A stretch of DNA of 59,759 nt from Stenotrophomonas sp. (GTDB lineage Bacteria > Pseudomonadota > Gammaproteobacteria > Xanthomonadales > Xanthomonadaceae). The stretch spans positions 1-59,759 of the forward strand of contig DOKO01000057.1 of assembly GCA_003510825.1 (NCBI GenBank), written 5' to 3'. The stretch's first letter is position 1, and every line of letters begins with the position of its first letter. The position numbers and the translations under genes are program-made. Of this stretch, positions 51,518 through 59,665 are shown in pieces. The notes beneath the pieces are model-generated. The model worked only from the letters and a program-made list of their open reading frames with translations. It was not told where the DNA came from and did no database searches.

Positions 51518-52045
51518 TCAACGCGCCCTCCCCTTCGCCGCAGCGCGCGCCACGTTGCGCTCCAGGCGGTTGGCCATCGTGCGCAGCGCGCGGATCTCCG
51601 CAATCATCTGCTCCGCCTCTGCGTTCGTGATGGTCGAGTCGGCGATGGCTTCTACCGCAGTGCCGGACAGCTTCCCGACACGGCTGGTGATCTCCAGCAG
51701 CTTCATCTGGATGGCGCCGATCTCGTCGGACCAACCACCTTCAGGTGCCGGCGGCACCACGTCGGCGGCCATGCCGAAGCGCGCCACCAGCGACTGCAGC
51801 CAGCCCAGCGCGCGCTCACCGCCGCCGGCCTGCTCCTGCATCCACTCGGTCAGCAGCTCGGCGATCTGAAGCGTCACTGACTCACCCTCCAGCCCGCGCA
51901 GCTTTGCGCGCAGCGTCTCCGGGTGCATCGATTTGCCCCGGCGCTGGGCCAGGTACGCAGCTGCAGCCTCCACACCACCCGGCGTCTCGCGCACGGAGTT
52001 GTAGAGGTTGTCGAGCCAGTTGAGGGAGGAAGTTCGGCAGGTCAT
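51518..52045 (-). CDS. CII-like phage regulatory protein
   Basis: PGGVEAAA..TLRAKL..AIADSTITNAEAEQM; position downstream of cro. Confidence 0.7.
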   Translation of the reverse strand: MTCRTSSLNWLDNLYNSVRETPGGVEAAAAYLAQRRGKSMHPETLRAKLRGLEGESVTLQIAELLTEWMQEQAGGGERALGWLQSLVARFGMAADVVPPAPEGGWSDEIGAIQMKLLEITSRVGKLSGTAVEAIADSTITNAEAEQMIAEIRALRTMANRLERNVARAAAKGRAR

Positions 52046-52198
52046 CGGGTCACCTTGAGAGGGACGGTGTTTCATGGTTTCGGGCGTGGAACCCATGCCC
52101 CACCATTGGCGGCATGGACAACTACTCAGGGATCGAGGGCGTCGCCCTCCTTGCGCTACGCTGGATGGGCCAACAACACAGCCCGCAAGGAGGGCGAC

Positions 52199-52420
52199 AT
52201 GGAAGAGGAATGCCTGCTGGACATCCGGGCGTTAATGCTCAGCGCGCGTGCTCGAGAGATTCGAGACAACGTGCAGATCGCAAAGACCAGGGCGGATATC
52301 GAAGTGGTCACGATTCATGGGGTGGAACAGGAGGTACTGACCTTCGAAGCTGCGCTGCGGTATGCGATCAAGGAGCTGGGCGAGGCCCAGCAGCTCATCG
52401 AGAAGCACACGGGGTTCTGA
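52199..52420 (+). CDS. Hypothetical protein antisense to the PR operon (73 aa)
   Basis: AAGGAGG SD, TACGCT -10-like element upstream. Confidence 0.65.
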   Translation: MEEECLLDIRALMLSARAREIRDNVQIAKTRADIEVVTIHGVEQEVLTFEAALRYAIKELGEAQQLIEKHTGF

Positions 52421-52610
52421 CCTGCTCGGCGTTGAGGGCGCTGTGGAGGCAACTTTTTAGTGCCCTCTCCTTGGCTTCGCGCTCCAGTACCGCGAGCATC
52501 TGGGCTGCGGCCGCCTCGGCAGTCCGCCGCTCAGCCAACTCGGCCGCTGTCGGCTTGTTCAACCAATCCCTCAACCACAGCCGAGGGTTCCACTTGTCGG
52601 ACACTTGCAT
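52395..52610 (-). CDS. Hypothetical protein
   Basis: MQVSDKWNPRLWLRDWL.., starts 1 nt after the cro stop. Confidence 0.55.
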   Translation of the reverse strand: MQVSDKWNPRLWLRDWLNKPTAAELAERRTAEAAAAQMLAVLEREAKERALKSCLHSALNAEQVRTPCASR

Positions 52611-52611
52611 T

Positions 52612-53061
52612 TCAGGCCACCTCAATTGGGCCGATGCGGTCTGCATCGGGATCTTCGTTGGCTGGCTTCGCCGGCCCCTGCTGGTCGGTGTGCCCAAGCA
52701 GCTTCATCACCTGCGGCAGCGCCGGGACCATGTCTTCCTCAGCCCAGCCGCTGACCTGACTTACCGGCAGACCCAACACCTTGGCGAGGTGCGCATCACT
52801 GCTCAGGCCCATCCTGGAGCGCAGCGCGCGCTTACTCATGCGGCTGTCGACCAGCGCGCGCGCTTCGGCTACCCCGTCTTGGGCCTGCACCGCGCTACCG
52901 AATGCGTCCGGCTTGAGCAGTTCCAAGAACTGGCGGCGAGCTTGCGGGATTCCGGTAGAGCGCCATTCACTGACAGAGGGCGGCTTGATTTGGCAGATAC
53001 GAGCCACCTCGGTGGTGCCACCCAAGCGGTCGATGATCTCGGAAGCAGTAAGGTTGTCCAT
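52612..53061 (-). CDS. cro: Cro-like repressor with two HTH-like domains
   Basis: IIDRLGGTTEVARICQIKPPSVSEW..GIP; divergent from cI. Confidence 0.85.
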   Translation of the reverse strand: MDNLTASEIIDRLGGTTEVARICQIKPPSVSEWRSTGIPQARRQFLELLKPDAFGSAVQAQDGVAEARALVDSRMSKRALRSRMGLSSDAHLAKVLGLPVSQVSGWAEEDMVPALPQVMKLLGHTDQQGPAKPANEDPDADRIGPIEVA

Positions 53062-53067
53062 GCGAGA

Positions 53068-53135
53068 AGGTTAGGACTAGCTAATGCATCAGTCAATAGC
53101 CAGTCCTAATTCAATAGCCGTTAGCCTTTCCTAAT
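53068..53135. promoter_or_regulatory. OR operators (3x) with PR and PRM
   Basis: GTTAGGACTAGCTAAT 53070, AATAGCCAGTCCTAAT 53095, GTTAGCCTTTCCTAAT 53120 (25-bp period); minus strand TTGACT-17-TAACCT. Confidence 0.85.
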
Positions 53136-53823
53136 GACGACTCTCGCCGAACGCCTGACGCTCGCAATCGAGCATGCGCAGATAACGAAAGCTGAGCTTG
53201 CCCGCCGAGTTGGGATCTCCGCACCCAGCGTCAATGGCTGGTTCAGCGGCAAGGCCAAGTTCCTACGCGGGGAAAATCTCCTAGCGGCCGCCAAGGCGCT
53301 CGGAGTGAGTGAGGGTTGGCTCGCCACCGGCAAGGGATCGATGCTCGCCGCGGGCGAGCAAACGGAATGGATCTCTCCAGTCCGAGAGATTGAGACGCCA
53401 CCCGGCTATGTTCGCTTCGACTTGTTTGAAGGGGGCGCGGGAATGGGCACAGGGATCGTCAACCAGGACTACCCCGAGGTAGTTAAGACCATCGAGGTCG
53501 CCGAATGGGAGGTGCGCCGGAAGCTCGGCTATCTGCCCCAGCCTGGTCGGATCCAGATCATCACTGGCCGCGGGCCGTCCATGAAGCCGAAGCTGGAAGA
53601 CGGCGACATTGTCTGGATAGACACCAGCTGCGACTACTTCGATGGCGACGACTACTACCTGATCAACATCGGCGGAGAGACGCAGATCAAGATGCTGCAG
53701 AAGCGTGGTGACGGCCTGTATGTGGTGAGCGTCAACACCGACTTCCCTGCCTACCGCCCCGATCCTGGCGACGTAAGCATCCTGGGTAAGGCGTTGATCC
53801 ACGCAGGTCTGCGGAAGTTTTGA
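53134..53823 (+). CDS. cI: CI repressor (HTH + S24 autopeptidase)
   Basis: KAELARRVGISAPSVNGW HTH; GAG cleavage site; GPSMKP Ser and IKML Lys. Confidence 0.93.
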   Translation: MTTLAERLTLAIEHAQITKAELARRVGISAPSVNGWFSGKAKFLRGENLLAAAKALGVSEGWLATGKGSMLAAGEQTEWISPVREIETPPGYVRFDLFEGGAGMGTGIVNQDYPEVVKTIEVAEWEVRRKLGYLPQPGRIQIITGRGPSMKPKLEDGDIVWIDTSCDYFDGDDYYLINIGGETQIKMLQKRGDGLYVVSVNTDFPAYRPDPGDVSILGKALIHAGLRKF

Positions 53824-53865
53824 GTAGCGAGAAGCTTTTAACTACTGTCCCAATTGGGACAAAAG

Positions 53866-53890
53866 AAAAGCCCCGCAGATGCGGGGCTTT
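53866..53890. terminator. Bidirectional terminator between cI and the TAC operon
   Basis: AAAAGCCCCGC-AGAT-GCGGGGCTTT. Confidence 0.88.
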
Positions 53891-53912
53891 CAATGTTCTG
53901 TGATTGAGGTGG

Positions 53913-54422
53913 TCAACCAGGCTTTGAGCTCGTGCGCCTTTTCTTGGTGCTCTTCTTAGCCCCCGACTTCGAGCCCTTCCCACTAAAGATGCCTTCGTCG
54001 TCAGCGAAGAATTTCACGTCGTCAGCACCTATGGATTCCGTCGGAAGGAACCACACGCCATATGGTGCCACCGCTGTGATTGACGCAACGTGCCCACGAA
54101 CACTGCCGTACAGGATTTGAGCCGCATTAATCGCGACCTCCAAGTAGATGTCCCGCATTTCCTTGTCGCTCAGCGGCGCCGGGACACCACTCAAATCCAG
54201 CTTGAAACTGCCATGCATCTCCACGTTGATGGCATACGCCGTTTCCCGCTCGACGCCCCACGACAACCTCACGACCTGAAAGATCGAACCAGGTTCCATG
54301 AGATGAGCCTCACACTCGACCTCTGGATCCCCGCGTCCCTCTCGCTCGTCGTCGACGATGGAAGCAACTAGCGAAGATTTGACGACATAGAAGTACTCAA
54401 GCGAAAGCCGCGGTCTTGCCAT
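53913..54422 (-). CDS. SecB-like chaperone of a TAC system
   Basis: Four beta strands ending VEMHGSF then NAAQILYGSVRGHVASITAVAPYGVWFLP. Confidence 0.8.
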   Translation of the reverse strand: MARPRLSLEYFYVVKSSLVASIVDDEREGRGDPEVECEAHLMEPGSIFQVVRLSWGVERETAYAINVEMHGSFKLDLSGVPAPLSDKEMRDIYLEVAINAAQILYGSVRGHVASITAVAPYGVWFLPTESIGADDVKFFADDEGIFSGKGSKSGAKKSTKKRRTSSKPG

Positions 54423-54807
54423 TGTCCGTCTCAATAGAAATTTCGTGTTCCGCCTTGCGGAATGGCTTGATGTACTTGGGGCGATTGGACTTGCCACCAT
54501 CCACGCTCGCGAAGAAATGCGGCTTGTGCGCGCGATCATGAACTCGTAGATGAAGCTCGCCGCCAACAGCGCGCGCCATGGAGACCATGGTCTCAATCTG
54601 CAGATTCTTGTCCCCACGCAAGCACTGCGTGATGCGCGCTTGGGACACATCCAGAAGCTTCGCCAAGTCAGCCTTCGTGATGCCCTTGCTAGACATCAGT
54701 GACCAAACATCCTTGGCAAACTCAAGCTTCGCGAGCTCTTGCCAATAGAGATCGCCTTCCTCATGGACGGCGTCAACCAGTGCGTCAAATGTTCTGAATT
54801 CTGTCAT
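54397..54807 (-). CDS. HigA-like XRE antitoxin with C-terminal ChAD-like extension
   Basis: GITKADLAKLLDVSQARITQCLRGDKNLQIETM HTH plus about 45-aa tail. Confidence 0.82.
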   Translation of the reverse strand: MTEFRTFDALVDAVHEEGDLYWQELAKLEFAKDVWSLMSSKGITKADLAKLLDVSQARITQCLRGDKNLQIETMVSMARAVGGELHLRVHDRAHKPHFFASVDGGKSNRPKYIKPFRKAEHEISIETDNGKTAAFA

Positions 54808-55213
54808 GTTCGGGGTACTCCGTGATCGCTCCGGTGGCCACTGCTTCCTTGTAGCGGTTCAACAACCTAATTGCCTCGTCAACTCGCTTTCGCTCAGTCT
54901 TCTGCGTCTTCTTCACCGCACAACTGCTGCAAATCAGGACAGCCCCATCTGCGAAGCAAAAGTAGAGCCTTAGATCGCCACGAACGAACTTATAGACCTT
55001 AGGGTCGGTAGAGGATGCCACCTCAATCCACGGCAACTTGTGAGGACCATCTTTCGCGACCATCTGAATCGCTGCGATCAACCCCGCGCGGGTCCGTGAA
55101 TAGTTGGGGCCTAGCTCAGCCAAGTCATCGATGAGACTGCACCGCCTGCCCTCCCGTTCTTCGAGCTCAGCAAGGATCTTCCATGGTCCTGGGGCAAGAA
55201 TTATGACGTGCAA
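54785..55213 (-). CDS. HigB/RelE (Gp49-like) toxin
   Basis: VYKFVRGDLRLYF..VKKTQKT; TTG start; toxin-first order. Confidence 0.82.
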   Translation of the reverse strand: MHVIILAPGPWKILAELEEREGRRCSLIDDLAELGPNYSRTRAGLIAAIQMVAKDGPHKLPWIEVASSTDPKVYKFVRGDLRLYFCFADGAVLICSSCAVKKTQKTERKRVDEAIRLLNRYKEAVATGAITEYPEHDRIQNI

Positions 55214-55216
55214 TAC

Positions 55217-55234
55217 CTTAACTCACAAGTTAAG
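55217..55234. promoter_or_regulatory. Putative TA autoregulatory operator
   Basis: CTTAACT-CACA-AGTTAAG immediately upstream of the toxin start. Confidence 0.7.
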
Positions 55235-55430
55235 TCCAACATCGATTGGTGGGCGTTCACCAAGATGATAGGCGGGTCACAGTTCAGAGGCTAGTGGGCG
55301 CTAGTGGGCGGAGGCCCCGAGCGAGTGATGGTCGGTAACCCTGACCCAAGACGTGACGGCCACGCCGAATGCTGGAAATGAAGGTTGATGCGAGCGAGCT
55401 GAAGCCACTTCTCCCTCGTTCACAAAAAAC

Positions 55431-55473
55431 ATTAGCCACTCCTATTGACTGAGAGATTAGCCACTCCTAATCT
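55431..55473 (+). promoter_or_regulatory. PL promoter with two OL operators
   Basis: TTGACT(55445)-17-TAATCT(55468); ATTAGCCACTCCTATT 55431 and ATTAGCCACTCCTAAT 55456. Confidence 0.88.
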
Positions 55474-55526
55474 ACAGCCATCGCCCAACACTGCCCCCTC
55501 CCGGGGCCGGGCGCAGGAGATCACAC

Positions 55527-55751
55527 ATGGCCAGGCTGTCCCTCGGCGCCGCCACCACCGCGCCAACCGTCCTCCCCATGGACGCCATCGGCATCGTCGC
55601 CGTAAAGCTCGGCTTTGCCTCCCTCTACTTGGAGGAGGCCGAAGCGGACGCGCTCGCGCTGGAGCTGCAGCGCGCGGCCCAGGCGCTGCGCATCGGCAAA
55701 AGCACCGCCAAGCAGTACACCGACGCCCTGAGCGGCAAGGACGCGGCATGA
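55527..55751 (+). CDS. Early hypothetical protein
   Basis: AGGAG SD, first gene after PL. Confidence 0.75.
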   Translation: MARLSLGAATTAPTVLPMDAIGIVAVKLGFASLYLEEAEADALALELQRAAQALRIGKSTAKQYTDALSGKDAA

Positions 55752-55969
55752 GCGCCCGGGTCTTCGCTCGCGTCTATCCTGCCGGCCGCGCCATGCCGGT
55801 CACCGCCGACGAACACAACGTCGTCGTAGACCTGGGCGACAGCGCATGGCTGCTCACCAACGCCGACGCTCGCCAGCTCGCCATCGATCTGTTCCGCGCC
55901 GCCAGCCCGGCCGCCGGCGTGCCCATGGCCGCCGACCGCGCCGAGAAGCACCTGCAGGTGCAGGCATGA
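55748..55969 (+). CDS. Early hypothetical protein
   Basis: ATGA coupling. Confidence 0.7.
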   Translation: MSARVFARVYPAGRAMPVTADEHNVVVDLGDSAWLLTNADARQLAIDLFRAASPAAGVPMAADRAEKHLQVQA

Positions 55970-56190
55970 GCGCCGTCGCTATCCTGGTAGGTCCGCAGCA
56001 GCGGGGCCGCGCCGTAGCCGACGCCGTCCGCCGCGCAGCCCTGCGCATGGGACACCGCCCCGACTTCGCCAACACCGTCGCGGACCTCGCGCGTCTCGAC
56101 TTCCTGCGTGGCGGCAGTGCCGCTGCTGCCATCAGCCGAATGAAGAAGTCGCTGCGCCGCAAGCCGCAGCGCGCGTGGAGGCACGCCTAA
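55966..56190 (+). CDS. Early hypothetical protein
   Basis: ATGA coupling. Confidence 0.7.
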   Translation: MSAVAILVGPQQRGRAVADAVRRAALRMGHRPDFANTVADLARLDFLRGGSAAAAISRMKKSLRRKPQRAWRHA

Positions 56191-56432
56191 TGCACCACCT
56201 GGCCCTGCCCTTCTACTGCGCCGTGATCGTCGGCCTCCTGTTGGCGCTGCTCGCGCGCGCCATCTACACCGGTGCCGACTCCTTCGTGCTGTTGGCCCTG
56301 GGCGGCATCGCGTACTTCGGCTGGCACGGCTGGAAGGACGCACGCCGCTGCTGGCCAGCCTTCCGCGCCGAAATGCAGCGCCGCACCGACGAGCGCCGCC
56401 GCCGGGTCATGCCCGCCGACGACACGCACTGA
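56190..56432 (+). CDS. Early two-TM membrane protein
   Basis: TAATG coupling, GGAGG SD, two hydrophobic segments. Confidence 0.7.
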   Translation: MHHLALPFYCAVIVGLLLALLARAIYTGADSFVLLALGGIAYFGWHGWKDARRCWPAFRAEMQRRTDERRRRVMPADDTH

Positions 56433-56511
56433 GCAACCGCCCGGCCGGCGCAACCGGCCTCCCACGCCGGCGGGACTTCCACACAGCCGGCAACCCATCA
56501 CAGGGAACCGC

Positions 56512-56724
56512 ATGCGCAACCAGCTCGACATCTTCAAGGACGACCCGGTCCGCATGGCCAAGGCCAACCGCGACGCCGCCGACCACGCGCTGACCGACAA
56601 GCAGTTCACCGAAAGCGAGCGCCAGGAGCGCGCCGCCTACTACACCCGCGAGGCAGAGCGCTGGGAATTCAGCGCCGCCCTCGGCGGCCAGCAGATCAAG
56701 CGTGCAGAGGAGCCGCGAGCATGA
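56512..56724 (+). CDS. Early hypothetical protein
   Basis: MRNQLDIFKDDP.. Confidence 0.7.
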   Translation: MRNQLDIFKDDPVRMAKANRDAADHALTDKQFTESERQERAAYYTREAERWEFSAALGGQQIKRAEEPRA

Positions 56725-57650
56725 GAAAGACCGAAATCGGCGCGAAACAAGGCTCAGCCCGTGCGGCCCAGCGCCTCGATATGCCGCTCGATAGCGACCA
56801 GCGCCAGCTGCATGGCGTCGCCTTTGTTGAGGATGGCGCCCTGGTGCGGCACCTCCACCTGGGAGCCATCGACCGTAGCCGAGAAGTCGAACACGTCATC
56901 CTCTTCGCTGGTGACCGTGATCTGGAAATGATGGCCATCGATCGCTCCATGGAGCGTACGACGGTAGCCCTCGGTCTTCATAACCCCTCCCCTGCCTATA
57001 TCTGCGGCCGCTCAGTTCCAGCCATCACCCAACAGCTTACAGAGCAAGGCCTCAATCTGGTCTGTCGCGTCTTGGCGAGATTCAACAAGCACCTGCAGAC
57101 CAATCTGGCTCGGACCGCCGGTGACCTGGTAGCTCGTCAACGTTCCATGCCCTCCCGCCAGAAGCACGACTCTGGCCGTGACCTCTCGGCCCCTGATTTT
57201 CAGGATCCAGTCTTCGTGTCCAAACATCCCATCACCCTTGCGCAGCTTCCGTTGGGGTGCACTTCCGAGGCGAGCATACACAGCGAGCGGCGCGCGACCA
57301 AGGTCCGGAACGTGGGTATGGCAATGCCTCCCGGCTCAGTACCAGTCGGCGCCCATCATTTCGGACAAGACCGCCTCGGTCTTGGCAGCCGCGTCCTCCC
57401 GCGACTCCACAGCGATGTCCAAGCCCAATCGGCTCGGGCCGTAGACCACATGGAAACCAATCATTGTCCCGCGGCCGAACCGGCCAATCCCGTCGAGCAC
57501 CACCCGGACCGTCACGTCGCGGCCCCTGATTTTCAGATTCCAGTCTTCTTGCCTGTGCATCCCATCACCTTCGCACCTGCTCCATTCCGGTGCGCTTCTC
57601 TGCAAAGCATACACAGCGCGCGTTTCGCGATGGATTCGACCAATGGTTGA
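56721..57650 (+). CDS. 309-codon ORF spanning three antisense genes
   Basis: GAGGAG SD, ATGA overlap upstream, 8-nt overlap with downstream gene; protein not recognisable. Confidence 0.4.
   Translation: MRKTEIGAKQGSARAAQRLDMPLDSDQRQLHGVAFVEDGALVRHLHLGAIDRSREVEHVILFAGDRDLEMMAIDRSMERTTVALGLHNPSPAYICGRSVPAITQQLTEQGLNLVCRVLARFNKHLQTNLARTAGDLVARQRSMPSRQKHDSGRDLSAPDFQDPVFVSKHPITLAQLPLGCTSEASIHSERRATKVRNVGMAMPPGSVPVGAHHFGQDRLGLGSRVLPRLHSDVQAQSARAVDHMETNHCPAAEPANPVEHHPDRHVAAPDFQIPVFLPVHPITFAPAPFRCASLQSIHSARFAMDSTNG
56754..56981 (-). CDS. Small antisense protein 1 (75 aa)
   Basis: GGAGG SD; beta strands plus C-terminal helix. Confidence 0.65.
   Translation of the reverse strand: MKTEGYRRTLHGAIDGHHFQITVTSEEDDVFDFSATVDGSQVEVPHQGAILNKGDAMQLALVAIERHIEALGRTG
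57012..57227 (-). CDS. Small antisense protein 2 (71 aa)
   Basis: Paralogue of 57336-57560; GGTGA SD; TGTGTATGCT upstream. Confidence 0.7.
   Translation of the reverse strand: MFGHEDWILKIRGREVTARVVLLAGGHGTLTSYQVTGGPSQIGLQVLVESRQDATDQIEALLCKLLGDGWN
57336..57560 (-). CDS. Small antisense protein 3 (74 aa)
   Basis: EDW.LKIRGR.VT.RVVL..GPS..GL...VESR.DA shared with protein 2. Confidence 0.7.
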   Translation of the reverse strand: MHRQEDWNLKIRGRDVTVRVVLDGIGRFGRGTMIGFHVVYGPSRLGLDIAVESREDAAAKTEAVLSEMMGADWY

Positions 57651-57831
57651 CCACCACGCCGCGGCCGGCCAAGCCAAGCACACCGCGCGCGTCCTGCTGT
57701 CGGAATGCCGCGCACGCCGGCGCGGCCACGGCTTCTGGTTCGCCTTCAACGCGGCACAGCGCGCGCGCATGCGCGCCTCTGCACCAGCACCTCTGCCGGC
57801 GCCGCCGGCTCAACCGGACCTGTTCGCATGA
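57643..57831 (+). CDS. Early hypothetical protein
   Basis: Coupled at both ends; ends QPDLFA. Confidence 0.65.
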   Translation: MVDHHAAAGQAKHTARVLLSECRARRRGHGFWFAFNAAQRARMRASAPAPLPAPPAQPDLFA

Positions 57832-59078
57832 TCCACGTCGGAGATTGCCTGGAAGTGATGCGCGGCATGGCTGAGAACTCGGTCGACGCCATCGTGACAG
57901 ACCCGCCCTATGGGTTGGAGTTCATGGGCAAGGCCTGGGATGCGCCGTGGAAAGGCGACATTCGCCAGCCGGATGACGCCAATTTCCGTGCGGGTGATCG
58001 AAAGCACGGCCTGGTCAGGCACGGAATGGGCTCCTCTTACGGTGGAAACACCTTGCGGAACATGCAGGCATTCCAGGACTGGTGCGAAGCATGGGCTAGG
58101 GAATGCCTGCGTGTACTGAAGCCCGGCGGCTACATGCTGGCCTTCAGTGGCAGCCGCACCTACCACCGCACAGCGGCAGGCATAGAAAATGCCGGCTTTG
58201 AAATTCGCGACCAGATCATGTGGCTGTATGGCTCGGGCTTTCCCAAGTCGCACAACGGCCCTTGGGGCGGCACTGCATTGAAGCCCGCGCACGAGCCTGT
58301 CGTTATGGCACGCAAGCCCCTGGCAGGAACCGTCGAGGCCAACTGGACCGCGCACGGGACCGGCGCCTTGAACATCGATGCGTGCCGTGTACCGGTGGAC
58401 GATGAACAGCGGGCCCCGCAGACAGGCAAAGGCGGAATTCCGGCCAGGCGCGACAGTCAAGAGGCAAGGGCAGCTGGTGCCGTAGTGCAGCCCCATGAGT
58501 TGGGTCGCTGGCCGGCCAATCTGATCCACGACGGGAGCGATGAAGTACTCGCGGCCTTCCCCGACGCCAAGGGGCAGCAAGCGCGAGTGACTGGTGCAGA
58601 ACCGACCGCGAACGGCTTCAGCGGAGCGGTCAGCTTCAGCGGGCTGATCGGCCGCATTGCATCGTCGGAACCACGTCGCGACGCGGGAAGCGCTGCTCGC
58701 TTCTTCTACTGCGCCAAGCCGAGCAAGGCAGAGCGCGAGGAAGGACTCGAGGCTTTCGCGAGCGCCCCAGCAGGGATGGTATCCAACACCAGCGGGCAGC
58801 ACATGACACGACGCGACGAGGAGTATCAGGTCGCACCTCGCGCGAACCACCACCCCACTGTGAAGCCAACGGACCTGATGCGCTACCTGTGCCGCCTGGT
58901 CACTCCGGCCGGCGGTCTGGTCCTCGATCCATTCGCCGGCAGCGGCAGTACCGGCCGCGCTGCCATCGCAGAGGGGTTCCGGTTCGTCGGAATCGAGCTG
59001 GATTCCGAATACGCAGCAATTGCCGAGGCACGGTGTCGCGCCGTGCAGCCTGGCCTGTCCTTTGGAGACGTAGCTTGA
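57828..59078 (+). CDS. Orphan DNA amino-methyltransferase (beta-class N6A/N4C)
   Basis: GDCLEV, TDPPY, HPTVKP, VLDPFAGSGSTG, GIELD. Confidence 0.93.
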   Translation: MIHVGDCLEVMRGMAENSVDAIVTDPPYGLEFMGKAWDAPWKGDIRQPDDANFRAGDRKHGLVRHGMGSSYGGNTLRNMQAFQDWCEAWARECLRVLKPGGYMLAFSGSRTYHRTAAGIENAGFEIRDQIMWLYGSGFPKSHNGPWGGTALKPAHEPVVMARKPLAGTVEANWTAHGTGALNIDACRVPVDDEQRAPQTGKGGIPARRDSQEARAAGAVVQPHELGRWPANLIHDGSDEVLAAFPDAKGQQARVTGAEPTANGFSGAVSFSGLIGRIASSEPRRDAGSAARFFYCAKPSKAEREEGLEAFASAPAGMVSNTSGQHMTRRDEEYQVAPRANHHPTVKPTDLMRYLCRLVTPAGGLVLDPFAGSGSTGRAAIAEGFRFVGIELDSEYAAIAEARCRAVQPGLSFGDVA

Positions 59079-59665
59079 ACGCAACAGCATTCCCCACCAC
59101 CCCGGCGGCTGCCGCTGACGCCTGCCAGGCATCCTCACCCGTCGCCGCGGTCGTCGCCACCATGCGCCGCCTGGGCGCCGCCGGCGCACCGATCTCGGCC
59201 GACCAGGTCCGTGAGTGGAGCGACACCCTGCTGCAGGAGCTGTATACCCAGCCGCCCGTCCGCTGGGAGTACCGGCACCAAGGCGACTCTCGCCCCGGCT
59301 GCTGGATGACCGCGACCCCGGAACACGTCTATCACGCTCGCGTTCGCCGCTGGGTCGTCCGGGCCCTGTGGGAAACCCCGCGCGTCATCCAGCCCGAGCG
59401 CGACCACGCGTTCAAGGCCGGCGCTTGCACCAGGTGCGGCGATCCCGAGGACTGGGCCGGCCCCGACTGCAAGCCGATGGTCAAACCCGTGGACCCGCGC
59501 ACCCGCCTCCCCATCGATGCCCGAATGCTGATCGAGCCCCTGAAATGGCTGCGCGATGCCGGGCCCTATGTCCTGAACCGCTACGACCGCGAGAAGCGCG
59601 CCAGAGAAGCCGCCTTCCTGCTGGAAAAGATCGAAGCCCACATCCTGGAGTGCCAGAAGCCATGA
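59075..59665 (+). CDS. Hypothetical phage protein
   Basis: TTG overlapping the MTase stop, GGAG SD; CTRC motif. Confidence 0.6.
   Translation: MNATAFPTTPAAAADACQASSPVAAVVATMRRLGAAGAPISADQVREWSDTLLQELYTQPPVRWEYRHQGDSRPGCWMTATPEHVYHARVRRWVVRALWETPRVIQPERDHAFKAGACTRCGDPEDWAGPDCKPMVKPVDPRTRLPIDARMLIEPLKWLRDAGPYVLNRYDREKRAREAAFLLEKIEAHILECQKP

Noticed and set aside
52114-53109. 331-aa plus-strand ORF across cro
   Set aside because: Antisense to cro, no motifs, runs into the operator region
55290-55311. GCTAGTGGGCG tandem duplication
   Set aside because: Two copies only, no supporting context
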